From positions 16,926 through 80,925 of IMG/VR virus record IMGVR_UViG_3300039074_000056: DNA of 64,000 nucleotides; one strand, given 5' to 3'. Of this stretch, positions 28,509 through 38,485 are shown one piece after another. Numbering within the stretch: position 1 is the first letter of the stretch; each line of letters starts with the position of its first letter. The notes under the pieces were generated by a model. It worked only from the letters and a program-made list of their open reading frames with translations, searched no databases and was not told where the DNA came from. Position numbers and translations under genes: made by a program. This stretch comes from a virus.

Positions 28509-29509
28509 TCATCTTCTCCTTTCTTTAATCCACGAACAAAACCGCTTGTATCCCAGCCAGACTCATACTCGTTACCTACACCGGCAGTAAAGAAGTCAAT
28601 GCTCTTGTAAGAGTAAGTACCTAACTCAAACCACTCCTTTACACTGCACTCTCCAATCTCAAAGAAGGGCGGCAACTGCAATCGCTCTAAGTAGACATTA
28701 AGGCGAATCTTTACATACTCTTTGTATTCTTGTTTGGCAACTCTGTTAAAGTAGTCACTAGGAATAGCCAAGTCAATAATACGACATTCGTGCTCAAAGA
28801 CTTTTTGAACAGCCTCTTTAATCTTCTCGTACCGAACTACATCATCTACTAACTTTTCACCAAGTTCTTCATAATAGGTGTTGATAATTTCAGCACTGAT
28901 AATACCATGAAGGTCTTCATCAATAGCACTTTGGTTTGTGCCTCGTACAATCACAGGAATTAGATTATTACCGTTGCTTTGGAATGACTTTAGGATAGCA
29001 AAGGCACTAAAAAGCAAAGCTGTCTCTGTCATAGAAAATACAGCCACTGCAAGAATATCATCTTCATCTTCAAGCACTTCACCAAGCCAATCTACGCGAG
29101 CTTTCAAATCTGGGTCTTTTGTATAAGCAGTGTAGTCCTTGTCACGATCAAGTCCAAGTACAACATTGATTTGATTGTAAAACTCTGCATGTACAGCCAA
29201 CTCAAACATTGTAACCACAGAAGCCACCAAAGCAACCTCTGGGCGAGGGAAAGCCTTTACAACACGACTTCCCCAAAACTCACCACCGACAATCAACTCA
29301 TAGCGCAAGAAGATAGTGAGAACGGTCTTAACTGCGTGTAGTTGCTCTTCACTAAGTTCGTACTTCAATTGCATCTTGTCAAGCTCAACCTTCATTTCTG
29401 TGCTTGTCCAAAATTGATCTTCCAAATGCTCATTAGCCAACTCAACTAGACGGGGATAGTGCCGCCGATAGCTGTCTGTTGTTGTTCTAATTTTTGGTTG
29501 TTTCATCAA
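28505..29509 (-). CDS. nrdB: Ribonucleotide reductase class I beta subunit
   Basis: FWT.TE, ELAVHAEFY, DEDLHG and DFF...NEY motifs; adjacent to nrdA. Confidence 0.9.
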   Translation of the reverse strand: MMKQPKIRTTTDSYRRHYPRLVELANEHLEDQFWTSTEMKVELDKMQLKYELSEEQLHAVKTVLTIFLRYELIVGGEFWGSRVVKAFPRPEVALVASVVTMFELAVHAEFYNQINVVLGLDRDKDYTAYTKDPDLKARVDWLGEVLEDEDDILAVAVFSMTETALLFSAFAILKSFQSNGNNLIPVIVRGTNQSAIDEDLHGIISAEIINTYYEELGEKLVDDVVRYEKIKEAVQKVFEHECRIIDLAIPSDYFNRVAKQEYKEYVKIRLNVYLERLQLPPFFEIGECSVKEWFELGTYSYKSIDFFTAGVGNEYESGWDTSGFVRGLKKGEDE

Positions 29510-29865
29510 TCATTTTCCTTCTTTTCAGTGTTAACTTCCTTACTACCCTTTGTCATATTCCGAATCTCTTTCACAAGAGACTTGTCTTCGGAGTAAATAC
29601 GACATTCGTGCGAGGAATTGCCTGACTCTCTCCAAAATTTGTCAATTCTCTCTAATCCTACAATACGATCAGTAACGCAAACCCCACAAAGTTTGGTGCG
29701 AGTTTCTAATCCAGTTTGCAGTTCAATTCCATAATCAGTATCAAGTCCCAAATTATGCAACAAAGCACGAACATCACCCTTATGGGTTTCCAACATACTT
29801 ACCTCAAAATGAGGGACAATCTTCTTAATATCAGCTACGCAAATTACAATAATTGGACGGCTCAT
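29506..29865 (-). CDS. Hypothetical protein
   Basis: Coupled ORF within the operon. Confidence 0.6.
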   Translation of the reverse strand: MSRPIIVICVADIKKIVPHFEVSMLETHKGDVRALLHNLGLDTDYGIELQTGLETRTKLCGVCVTDRIVGLERIDKFWRESGNSSHECRIYSEDKSLVKEIRNMTKGSKEVNTEKKEND

Positions 29866-30566
29866 TTATTTGTTTCCTTCTTATCAAGTTCTTCTGTCAA
29901 TAATGCAGCAAATGTTGCTGGATAGCAAGGAACAACTACTTCCTTAATCATCTCAGCCAGCTCGCCTGCTGCGCGTTGTGCGCCACCACCAACTCGTTGT
30001 TTAATTACACGAGCAAAAGCCATAGCACTCCCTGTCCACACCCACTCTGTCATTGTATTCTGAGGAAGAATCATACGAGCCTCTTCGGGTGCAACGCCAC
30101 AAGAGATCATAGCAGCATACCACTCAACAATACCAGACAAATCTTGTTTAATGCTTTGTTCAATAGTTTGCTGTTGTGGACAATCAACATTCGTAGCCAA
30201 CATGTAAAAATTAGCATCATCGCTGCTACCCTGCTTAACGTTATCTGGCTTATTGTGCCAAATAGCAGGCCAATAGAACTCAGGTTCTGATGAAACATAG
30301 CGACGACTTACTTCATTCCATGTCAATCCAATCTGATGCTTCTTAAACTGTGCTGCAAGAAACATCGGAGCCTTGATGCGAATACTAATACTGGTATGTG
30401 CAAAAGGACTCCAGTGGTCGTGCTTTGCAAGGTAGGACAGAAGCTTTGCGTCCTTGTCTGTAAACTCATCTACTACTTTATTAAAGCTCACTCGTGCTGC
30501 ATTTACTACATTTACATCTGACCCCATGTGGTCTACATATTCCACAGACATTGGTACGATATTCAT
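29862..30566 (-). CDS. thyX: FAD-dependent thymidylate synthase
   Basis: VNAARVSF, H.SPF, NEVSRRY and APEEARMILPQ motifs. Confidence 0.93.
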   Translation of the reverse strand: MNIVPMSVEYVDHMGSDVNVVNAARVSFNKVVDEFTDKDAKLLSYLAKHDHWSPFAHTSISIRIKAPMFLAAQFKKHQIGLTWNEVSRRYVSSEPEFYWPAIWHNKPDNVKQGSSDDANFYMLATNVDCPQQQTIEQSIKQDLSGIVEWYAAMISCGVAPEEARMILPQNTMTEWVWTGSAMAFARVIKQRVGGGAQRAAGELAEMIKEVVVPCYPATFAALLTEELDKKETNK

Positions 30567-30764
30567 TTATCCTCCTTCTACTGTATAATCTTGTTGTTCC
30601 ATTTTCTCATTGCTAATCTCATACTGACTAACAAAGCAACCAGCATCTTTCAGAAGATCTAACCATGTGTTAGTGGGAATACTATGACCATCTTCGTACA
30701 GCTTGCCATTAACAATCAAAGCTTCCCAATCACCATCAGGACATGTGAAATGTTCTACTTTCAT
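30567..30764 (-). CDS. Hypothetical protein
   Basis: GDWEAL.VNG.L..DGHSI motif; coupled ORF. Confidence 0.6.
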   Translation of the reverse strand: MKVEHFTCPDGDWEALIVNGKLYEDGHSIPTNTWLDLLKDAGCFVSQYEISNEKMEQQDYTVEGG

Positions 30765-31222
30765 TCATCCTCCTTCTTCATTTCAAGCGCACGACTAATA
30801 GAGTCAATAGCCTCTTGCCAATCCTTAGTTATATCCTTACCACCACCACGACCACCAGAAACAAGAAGCTTCTTGATTGCATGTTGAATGCAAGGGTTGC
30901 TTACTCCAAAAAGATCAATGACACGATAAACATCAATGTAAGATAAATGACTTACATCTTTGTAATAGTGCGGGTGCTTTTTTCCCCTGTTCACAATTTC
31001 AGGCTGTTCACTTTTTGTGAACACATCTTCTACTCGATTAACCACGCTATACAAATCTACTTCATCTAACTTGAAATAATAACTATCACCATCAGCACAA
31101 TTACAAACTAAAGTAGCGTATTCTGTATCTGGATTAATGATATGTTTTACTGAATAGACAGTCTGAAATTCCCAATGATCTTCTTTCTTAGCAGTGACTT
31201 CATCACCAATTTTAATTAGCAT
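30761..31222 (-). CDS. Conserved phage protein (DUF3310-like C-terminal domain)
   Basis: HPHYYK...IDVYRV...F.V..P..QHAIKKLL..G.RG..KD motif. Confidence 0.6.
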   Translation of the reverse strand: MLIKIGDEVTAKKEDHWEFQTVYSVKHIINPDTEYATLVCNCADGDSYYFKLDEVDLYSVVNRVEDVFTKSEQPEIVNRGKKHPHYYKDVSHLSYIDVYRVIDLFGVSNPCIQHAIKKLLVSGGRGGGKDITKDWQEAIDSISRALEMKKEDE

Positions 31223-31497
31223 TATAAAGCCTCCCTGACAATATCTGCAAGATGAGCATTCTTTAGATTCTTGCTCACCCAATGCTGCAAGCTCAATTCA
31301 CGAGAAGACTTATAAATAGCTTCAATTAGCTCTTGGTCAATGATATAACCAGCTTCGTTAAGAAGCTCAAGATATTGCTTAGTCAGCAATGTCCATGTCA
31401 TGTCTTCAGCATCAATCTTCTTTACAATCTTTTTGGCAGGAATGATTTCATTGTCCCACTCATTTTCTTCGCTCTTAATTGTGATCTTAATCTTCAC
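31222..31497 (-). CDS. Hypothetical protein
   Basis: GGAG RBS; coupled ORF. Confidence 0.6.
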   Translation of the reverse strand: MKIKITIKSEENEWDNEIIPAKKIVKKIDAEDMTWTLLTKQYLELLNEAGYIIDQELIEAIYKSSRELSLQHWVSKNLKNAHLADIVREAL

Positions 31498-31528
31498 ATT
31501 AATTCTCCTTACGTTTCTTTAGCTTGGG

Positions 31529-32086
31529 TTAGTCATCTATTTCTACTTTCCTAGCCCACAAAGCCTCTGGTATTCTAGGGTCAACACAATTTTCATTATA
31601 AAGTATGTCGGCTACACTTTTAAACACCCCTTCTTTACCTGCTTTATAGAATAAAAAAGCTTCTTCTATATTAGTGAAGCTTTTTCTAAAAAGCTTTCCG
31701 CTAGTATCTGTATACTGCGCTCGGTATAAAGACCTGTCTTTTTCAAGACAAACACCTATTGGTGTATCACCTCTGGAGGCTTTCTTTGTTTTTACTAGTT
31801 GATTGAGCCAGCTAGGTACAAAAACACAAAAATCCTCGGAGTAATGTCTGTTATTCTTAAACAGTATATCTTTATCAAGCTCCCAATATCTTCCTGTAGA
31901 AGATTTGTTATTATAACCTACTTGATTTTTAGCCCAATCAACGAACCAAAATCTGTCTTTAAAATTATCGCTGATTGTGCAATCTCGATAATGTCTGTAG
32001 TTCTCTTTTAAATTACCAACTCTCCTGTTCATAGCCCTGTAAATGTCTCTTAATCTTAGATCAGTCTTGCTATATCTATTGCTCAT
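31529..32086 (-). CDS. HNH-like homing endonuclease with an AP2-like C-terminus
   Basis: WELDKDIL..NN..YS...CVFVP..LN and PIGV...YRAQ motifs. Confidence 0.75.
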   Translation of the reverse strand: MSNRYSKTDLRLRDIYRAMNRRVGNLKENYRHYRDCTISDNFKDRFWFVDWAKNQVGYNNKSSTGRYWELDKDILFKNNRHYSEDFCVFVPSWLNQLVKTKKASRGDTPIGVCLEKDRSLYRAQYTDTSGKLFRKSFTNIEEAFLFYKAGKEGVFKSVADILYNENCVDPRIPEALWARKVEIDD

Positions 32087-32275
32087 AAATCCTCCTAGTA
32101 GTATATTATCTCATACCCAAGGGTATTTAGTCCACATATTTATTTTTCTTTGTCTCTCTTGACTTTCTCTTAACAAGCTCTCGTTCCTTCTCTCGCTTGC
32201 GTTTCATGTAATCAGACAAATTGCTATCATCCTTGATAGCTTCTTCGTAGTCTAAACGATTACCTCTGTTTCCCA

Positions 32276-33310
32276 TTAACCAATATACCTCTTCTTCAAG
32301 AAATCCAATGAAACAAAGCTTGGGTCGGCATAGCCGTCCTTTGCACCATACAGCATAACAATACCTCGGAAGTGGTTGTTGCCCTGATATCCTTTGTATC
32401 CTTCATCAAAAGGATAGCTCGCGCCAGCTACAATACCAAGTTGCATCTTACCATCAATCGTTGGTCGGATAGCAACATCCAGAGTTTGCTTGTGTCCTAC
32501 AACAAAACTCTTACCAACATTCTTTAGCTGGTTCAAAGCTGTACCACCATAAGGCTTACCAGTAAATGGGTTAGCTAAGTAATGCACAAAATAGATGCCT
32601 TGAATCTCAACTGGCTTCAAGAAGTCATGCACTTCCCAACCATCTTCCTCAAGAGCAAGAAGTTCGTAGCTAATGAAGCCGTCAAACTCTGGTTGGCTAC
32701 TCGGAACACGCATCAAGCGTTCCTCGTGGTTGCCCATAGTGAACACCATACGAGGGTTGTAATCTTTCAGCTTCTTCATTGGAGCAAGCAACCTATTCAT
32801 ACCCTCACGACCAGCAGCAATGTCAGCCTTTAGGCGACGACCCTCAAATGAAAGCTTGCCTTTATCATAGCTGCTCAGACTTGGGAAGTCAAAGAAATCG
32901 CCAGCACACACAATAACATCAGGCTTCTTGTCAGCTAAGTATTGACCAATCCAATCAAGATAAGAAAGGTCTTCGCCTACTTTAACTTGTGGGTCTGGGA
33001 TGTACATAATTTTCAAGCCATCACCATTGATATTTTTAATAGCAAAGTCGATGTGCTGGCGCAAATTTTTCATTTCTTTGCTTTCAAATAACTTGCCATT
33101 AGCTGGCTTGCTAAGATCAAAGTCAATGTTCGTTGTCAGATTTGTTGTGTCAATGGGTTGTGAAATCTCTACTTGACGAGCCAACAAATCATTCACTGTA
33201 CTCTTCTTACTCTCAGAGCCAAGAACCGCTTTCGCAATGAGCCGTGAAGTCAAGCCTTCTGCTTTTAATCGAAGAATCTTATCTTTCTGTTCTTGTGTCA
33301 GCTTACTCAA
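32276..33310 (-). CDS. Calcineurin-like metallophosphoesterase with an N-terminal HTH
   Basis: IPDPQ, GDFFD, GNHE and GHKQ motifs. Confidence 0.85.
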   Translation of the reverse strand: MSKLTQEQKDKILRLKAEGLTSRLIAKAVLGSESKKSTVNDLLARQVEISQPIDTTNLTTNIDFDLSKPANGKLFESKEMKNLRQHIDFAIKNINGDGLKIMYIPDPQVKVGEDLSYLDWIGQYLADKKPDVIVCAGDFFDFPSLSSYDKGKLSFEGRRLKADIAAGREGMNRLLAPMKKLKDYNPRMVFTMGNHEERLMRVPSSQPEFDGFISYELLALEEDGWEVHDFLKPVEIQGIYFVHYLANPFTGKPYGGTALNQLKNVGKSFVVGHKQTLDVAIRPTIDGKMQLGIVAGASYPFDEGYKGYQGNNHFRGIVMLYGAKDGYADPSFVSLDFLKKRYIG

Positions 33311-33555
33311 TTAACACCTCCTGAAATATTCATGTCACGACTACAGCTTTTACCACAACTTTCTTTCCACTGCGCTTGCCCAGAGCAATTAGTGAAATAG
33401 CGGTAAGCACCATCATAGAAACGATAAACCGTACAGCTATCTACTGTGAATAGCTTATCAACTGTGTACTCCCCAATAGGAGTGGTTTGCTCGGCTTTCT
33501 TTGCACAACCAGATAAAGCCAAGACAGATAGAACAACAGCAACGACTTTAATCAA
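33307..33555 (-). CDS. Lipoprotein (DUF4884-like)
   Basis: Lipobox LSGC; LF.VD.CTVYRF.D...YFTNC motif. Confidence 0.7.
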   Translation of the reverse strand: MIKVVAVVLSVLALSGCAKKAEQTTPIGEYTVDKLFTVDSCTVYRFYDGAYRYFTNCSGQAQWKESCGKSCSRDMNISGGVN

Positions 33556-33749
33556 TTTTTATCTCCAATAATAAGGCTAGCTATTAGCGTAGGTAGCCAA
33601 ATCAGTGTTACCACTACGAAGAACTCTTTCTCTGTTAAATCTGGGTCAATAATTAGGTCTGGATTAGACTTAGAGTAGTGCCACAAACCATAGGAGATGG
33701 AAGCTCCGACGAATAAATAACCTGTTAGCCAATATAAAAATGTAATCAT
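33552..33749 (-). CDS. Small membrane protein
   Basis: Two hydrophobic segments. Confidence 0.55.
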   Translation of the reverse strand: MITFLYWLTGYLFVGASISYGLWHYSKSNPDLIIDPDLTEKEFFVVVTLIWLPTLIASLIIGDKN

Positions 33750-33961
33750 TCCTGAAGCTCCTTTAGTTTTTCAACAAGCGCGTCAATCTCAGTTTGGATT
33801 TCTTTCGCAAGCCAGTTATTGGCTTCTTGCTGTGTCTCAAAATAAATATACATTCCATCTCCAAACAACGGTGGAAGCTCAAAACCAATGGGTGCATCGT
33901 CGTCAACTTCGACATACTCTACTGTCTTGTAGTAATTATCTGCTCGATATAGTTTTTTCAT
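33746..33961 (-). CDS. Hypothetical protein
   Basis: GGAG RBS; coupled ORF. Confidence 0.55.
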   Translation of the reverse strand: MKKLYRADNYYKTVEYVEVDDDAPIGFELPPLFGDGMYIYFETQQEANNWLAKEIQTEIDALVEKLKELQE

Positions 33962-34105
33962 TTTGTTAAAATCTCCTTAGTTTTGGTTGAAGTGAACCAA
34001 TCCGTACCTCGCATATCATCCCACTGGTACAACATCTGAGTTGTAGATTTATTGCCTGCTTTGAGGTTTGTAATAAGTTGACTCAAGGCTTTCTCAAAGT
34101 TTCCG

Positions 34106-34648
34106 CTAATCTCTTTTTGCACTTAACGCCTCCTTTACTTGCTCTCTTCGTAGCTTCTGATTAGAAGCTGGAACAACGCCATTGTCAATCAAAAATTGCT
34201 TGTCTTGCTTGTCTTTCATAATCTGAATCACTTTCTTCTCCACTATTGCTTCTTCGATACTTGTGCCATTCTTTTCAGCCAAGGTCTTAGCTTTATGGCA
34301 AGGCTTACAAAGAATAGCTAAGTCATCAAATGTAACACAAACAATACCTTCAATGAAAGCCTGTAAGTCAGATAACTGCCTAAGAGAATGCCCACCTTGA
34401 CGATGGTCAACCTCGATATCCTTCATCGGGAAGTCTTTGTTGCAAATCTCGCAAGTTGCTCCAAACACCTCCCTTAGCTTACCTCTTGGATTTGGATTTA
34501 CAATCTTCTTCTTGTGCTTCTTTAGAAACTCAAGTTTGATTGGCGACCTTGACCACAAGCTACGACGGATACCTCCACGCAAAAAACTCATAAAGCTACT
34601 TTCTGTTGCCCAGATGTGGCTGAATTCTTTCCAAGGTATTTTAGTCAT
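34106..34648 (-). CDS. HNH endonuclease (replication / recombination module)
   Basis: CEIC...EVDH...LCKPCH..KT motif. Confidence 0.8.
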   Translation of the reverse strand: MTKIPWKEFSHIWATESSFMSFLRGGIRRSLWSRSPIKLEFLKKHKKKIVNPNPRGKLREVFGATCEICNKDFPMKDIEVDHRQGGHSLRQLSDLQAFIEGIVCVTFDDLAILCKPCHKAKTLAEKNGTSIEEAIVEKKVIQIMKDKQDKQFLIDNGVVPASNQKLRREQVKEALSAKRD

Positions 34649-35652
34649 TTAATCTTAGCATACTTCAAGATGCTCCTCAAATCATACTTGTATGTTGGGC
34701 TTCGCTTCATTACTACACAATCACAGTACATTTGCCAAATCTCCAAGTAGTTCTTAGTATGCTCTGTGCCATCCCAAGCAGTATATGTCACAGGCTCTGG
34801 ATACCACTCTTTGTATTTGTCATGCACCTTCTGCAAGGCATCGTAGTCATCTTCACAATCTTTCAGCAAGTCATAACTACTTTTCTCACCAAACTTCACC
34901 CCACACAACTCTGTTGGCTTGTAACAGTCTGTGCTGTCTCCGATTAGCATCTGATGGTACATGCCCAGCCTGCCGTTAAACTTTACATCACCTTTGTCAT
35001 TAAGCCAAAGCTTGCCAAACTCAGGAAGCATCTCTACTTCTGGATTTTCTTGTGTCCAATCCAACAGCCTCGTAGAAAATGCCTGTCGATTATCTTTATC
35101 TAGCGAAGCCACAATAATCTTCTCTGTCTTACTTTGCTTTGCAAGCATTGCTCGATATACAAGCATGTCATCAGCCTCTTCATCAACAGCAACAATAGCC
35201 TTGTGATGCTCAATAAGGTACTGCCTACACTGTGCAAGAAGAACGGGGCGCTCTACATCTTCTCGCTTTCCTTTGTACTTACTTGGCAGAGGAAGCCTAT
35301 CACGAAAGTTTGTATCACCAGACAAATAGATTTCATATTCACTTGCACCAGCCAACTTCATAATCAACTTAATCTGTTGCTTAATACTGTGTAAAGCATT
35401 TGAAACATCATCAGCTACACGCTTGTCTGTAATAGTGAAGTCATCCTCAACAAAGGGTGTCTCTCGCTCTTTGTTAATCTCAGCAAGCCATCCACCACTA
35501 TGTTTCTTGTCTCTGCCGTAAAACTCTGTTCGTGTCTTAAACTCTTTCATCCTACCGGTTGCTTTATGGACAACCTCAATCGTTCGCTTTTCAGCAGCAG
35601 CGGAACACCTAAACGCCAAGAGGTCGCCATCAATGGCTACAATAGTTTTCAT
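34645..35652 (-). CDS. 5'-3' exonuclease (T7 gp6 / RNase H-like)
   Basis: IDGD, NFR...YKG.R, EADD, DKD and Q.L.GD..D motifs. Confidence 0.88.
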   Translation of the reverse strand: MKTIVAIDGDLLAFRCSAAAEKRTIEVVHKATGRMKEFKTRTEFYGRDKKHSGGWLAEINKERETPFVEDDFTITDKRVADDVSNALHSIKQQIKLIMKLAGASEYEIYLSGDTNFRDRLPLPSKYKGKREDVERPVLLAQCRQYLIEHHKAIVAVDEEADDMLVYRAMLAKQSKTEKIIVASLDKDNRQAFSTRLLDWTQENPEVEMLPEFGKLWLNDKGDVKFNGRLGMYHQMLIGDSTDCYKPTELCGVKFGEKSSYDLLKDCEDDYDALQKVHDKYKEWYPEPVTYTAWDGTEHTKNYLEIWQMYCDCVVMKRSPTYKYDLRSILKYAKIK

Positions 35653-35739
35653 CCTACCTCCAAATAAAAAGCCCCATAGACAGTCCACATATAGCGGAAT
35701 ATCTATGAGGATAAAATGGCTCAACAGCCGTTCAGATTG

Positions 35740-35973
35740 TTATGCAAGCTCTTCTGTCAATTCGATAAAGCTCTTCATCTTCTCAACTGCCTCACCTTCT
35801 TTGGCTAGGGCAATCAATTTAGCAAGCTTGTTAATTGCGGCAACATCTACATCTTCTGGCAATACTTCTTTAGCTTCTGCGATCAGTGCTTTTGTATCTT
35901 CAGATAGAAGGTTAATTTCACGATAGATTGCAACAAGGTCAGTCAATACTTTCTTTGGTGTTAATTTCTGCAC
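35740..35973 (-). CDS. Small helical protein, possibly DNA-binding (DsbA/GapR-like)
   Basis: All-helical pattern E...L.ED.K....EAKE...D...INKL; GGAG RBS. Confidence 0.4.
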   Translation of the reverse strand: MQKLTPKKVLTDLVAIYREINLLSEDTKALIAEAKEVLPEDVDVAAINKLAKLIALAKEGEAVEKMKSFIELTEELA

Positions 35974-36110
35974 TACGCTTTCTCCTGATTTGATACTGAT
36001 TTAATTCGTTGGTATGCTCGGCTGTAAAACTCAATTTCTTCCAAGCTGCTGTCCTTCATTACTCCTAAAATCTTTTTGAAGGAGTTCATCTAAAACCTTT
36101 TGTTCAGTCA

Positions 36111-36302
36111 TCAATTATTCTCCTTAACAGTTTTCCACCCACGAATAAAAATACCAAGCATTACCGTAGCTGCCCATGTTTCCATTGTCAGAGGAATGGC
36201 TGTTAGGAACAGTACATTAACAGATAGAATTACCAAAATAGGAACTAAGATAATCAAGCCAATGAAAAAGGCAATCAACAGCAAGTTTTTCAATACTTCC
36301 AT
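36111..36302 (-). CDS. Small membrane protein
   Basis: Hydrophobic; SVN.LF...IP...TW.A motif. Confidence 0.55.
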   Translation of the reverse strand: MEVLKNLLLIAFFIGLIILVPILVILSVNVLFLTAIPLTMETWAATVMLGIFIRGWKTVKENN

Positions 36303-36505
36303 TATACTTTCTCCTCATAAAATTTAATGCGCTTTTCAAGAACATTAGCGTAGCTGCTCATGTAATCAAGCTGTGTGTAAAGCAATGATTGATCGTAGCT
36401 CGTAAGCTCTTGCCAATCTGTGTTGTCGTAAATGAAGCTCTGCAATTCAAAAATCTTTTGAGTCAAATCTGTGTGTTCGTGACGACTAAGATCAATAGCT
36501 GACAT
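36302..36505 (-). CDS. Small coiled-coil hypothetical protein
   Basis: LL..QL..M..Y..VL..RI pattern. Confidence 0.6.
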   Translation of the reverse strand: MSAIDLSRHEHTDLTQKIFELQSFIYDNTDWQELTSYDQSLLYTQLDYMSSYANVLEKRIKFYEEKV

Positions 36506-36580
36506 AATAATTCTCCAATGTTTAATTAAAGCAGAGAAATTATAGTGTTAGTATAAAATCTCTGCATTTTCTAAGCTAGA

Positions 36581-37207
36581 TCAGAAAGGGGACTCTTCAC
36601 CCTGTTCTTCTTCAACAGGCTTACGAGTTGTCTTCTTAGCTGCTACAGGCTTTGCAGGAGCTTCAGCAAAGTCTTCCTGTCCAGCAACTACAGGAGTACC
36701 GAAGTCATTATCTACCCCACCACTACCTGTTTGAGTGTATTCAATCAAGTTGTCAACCTTAACAGCACGAAGGCGAACAAAACGACCGTAGGAGTTTTCA
36801 CTCTCTTCATAGCTCACCCAACCAGTTGAGCCATTAGCCACCAAAGTATCAGTGATGTTCTCAATACCGTTACCACGATCAATAAAGACCTTTGGTTTGA
36901 ACTTATCAGGGATAGGAGTACCATCCTTATAAGCTACACCACGCTTCAGCTTAATAACATGCTGCTTGCGCTGTTCAGGGAACGGAGGGTCAATCTTGAA
37001 GATTTCCTTAAACTCAGAAGTCTTCACAGCCTTACTTGGCTGCTTCTTGTAGTTTTCATCCCAAACATCAGCTTCATCTTCTGAAACTACAATGTCTAAC
37101 GACCATTCGAGTTCATCGCTTTGGTATTTTTTTGCTGGCTGTGCAATCTTAGTGTAGCACAATACGCCGTATACAGTTTTCACATTAGTGTTTTGTGAAG
37201 TTGTCAT
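36581..37207 (-). CDS. Single-stranded DNA-binding protein (T7 gp2.5-like)
   Basis: LVANGS.G.V...L.AV.V.NLIEY motif; acidic tail ending in PF. Confidence 0.75.
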   Translation of the reverse strand: MTTSQNTNVKTVYGVLCYTKIAQPAKKYQSDELEWSLDIVVSEDEADVWDENYKKQPSKAVKTSEFKEIFKIDPPFPEQRKQHVIKLKRGVAYKDGTPIPDKFKPKVFIDRGNGIENITDTLVANGSTGWVSYEESENSYGRFVRLRAVKVDNLIEYTQTGSGGVDNDFGTPVVAGQEDFAEAPAKPVAAKKTTRKPVEEEQGEESPF

Positions 37208-37226
37208 ATTAAGTTTCCTCTTAGTT

Positions 37227-37817
37227 TTAGTTTAGTGTTCCGTGTCGATCTGTATAACCTGCACCACTATTGTTGAGAAGCTCGATCATTTCTTCTCTCC
37301 AATTCTTTGCCATCTCGAAAGCTTTGTCGTAACCAAGCTTTTCAATGTTAAAAGCCTTACTCCTAAGTTTGCCAGACAAGTCTACATAGTGTGCCGAAAA
37401 GTATTCGGCAGTCTTGCTCTTAAACTTCCTCGTAACAAGCCTAACCCCAGTCACGCCTGTTGTGTTTTTATCAAACTGCTTCCTGTTTCTGTTATTAACA
37501 GCCATAGAAACTAGCCGAAGATTTGAAATCTTATTATCACAAGAATCGCCATTAATGTGATCTATACACAAACCTTCTGGTATTTCCCCAAAAAACATTT
37601 CATAAATAACTCTGTGCACTGAATAAGTCTTAGACTTAAATCTTATTTTCCAATATCTCTTATCCCCTACGGTTCTTAGAGTTCCGGCAACATCTCCGAT
37701 GTCTCTTAAGTAATCCTTTCGCTTTGACATATTACTTGTCTTTAGCACAAGACCTGTAGGACTGTCCTCACTGTAAGCAACCCTATCAAATATTTCTTTA
37801 GGTATTTGTTTGGCCAT
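37227..37817 (-). CDS. HNH homing endonuclease
   Basis: HRVIY...IDHINGD..DN.ISNLR...N.RN motif; YTDRHG end. Confidence 0.88.
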   Translation of the reverse strand: MAKQIPKEIFDRVAYSEDSPTGLVLKTSNMSKRKDYLRDIGDVAGTLRTVGDKRYWKIRFKSKTYSVHRVIYEMFFGEIPEGLCIDHINGDSCDNKISNLRLVSMAVNNRNRKQFDKNTTGVTGVRLVTRKFKSKTAEYFSAHYVDLSGKLRSKAFNIEKLGYDKAFEMAKNWREEMIELLNNSGAGYTDRHGTLN

Positions 37818-37889
37818 CTTGATCAACACCATATTGAAGGCTTTGTGCTTCCATTTCTAGAAGCAATTCTGTTTCATCGGTCATATTCA

Positions 37890-38090
37890 TTAATCTCTCC
37901 CTAAATTAAAGCTTGAATTAGTAATAGATGTTGTCGTAGACAACGAAGAACTAATAGCTTGGATGGCAGCAATCTTTACTGCATCACCTGCACTAGACTC
38001 CAAGATTCGCTGAATAGCGTCTGAGCCACCTTCGATTGTCTGTTTGCTTGGTGCTTCAACATAAACACCATACTTTGCTTTCTCTTTCAT
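37890..38090 (-). CDS. Hypothetical protein
   Basis: GGAG RBS. Confidence 0.55.
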   Translation of the reverse strand: MKEKAKYGVYVEAPSKQTIEGGSDAIQRILESSAGDAVKIAAIQAISSSLSTTTSITNSSFNLGRD

Positions 38091-38247
38091 TCCACTTCTC
38101 CTTTTGTTTTCAAAAAATCTGTGTCTTGCAATGCTGCTGTGATTAGGTCTTTAAGGCGGGATAGGTCTTCAACACTAAGGGCAACAAACCAACCCTGCTC
38201 ATCCTCATCAATAACCCAAACCCCACCCCCAAGATTTTTCAATGTAA

Positions 38248-38463
38248 TCATCGTTGAAATACTCCATACTTCTCTGAATTGTAGTTGTACTCTACTACCT
38301 TAAACATATAATCACTTGAAGGAAAATCTTCTGGTGACTTTACGATGTATGTTCCTTCTTCATCGTATGTAAGGTATTCATAAACACGATCTTCACCATG
38401 TCCATTAGGCACTTGTTCAGTAGCTTGTTTGTAGATATAGATCAACAATGGAAAGCCTTTCAT
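38248..38463 (-). CDS. Hypothetical protein
   Basis: GGAG RBS. Confidence 0.55.
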   Translation of the reverse strand: MKGFPLLIYIYKQATEQVPNGHGEDRVYEYLTYDEEGTYIVKSPEDFPSSDYMFKVVEYNYNSEKYGVFQR

Positions 38464-38485
38464 ACTTCTTCTCCTAATTTAGTGC

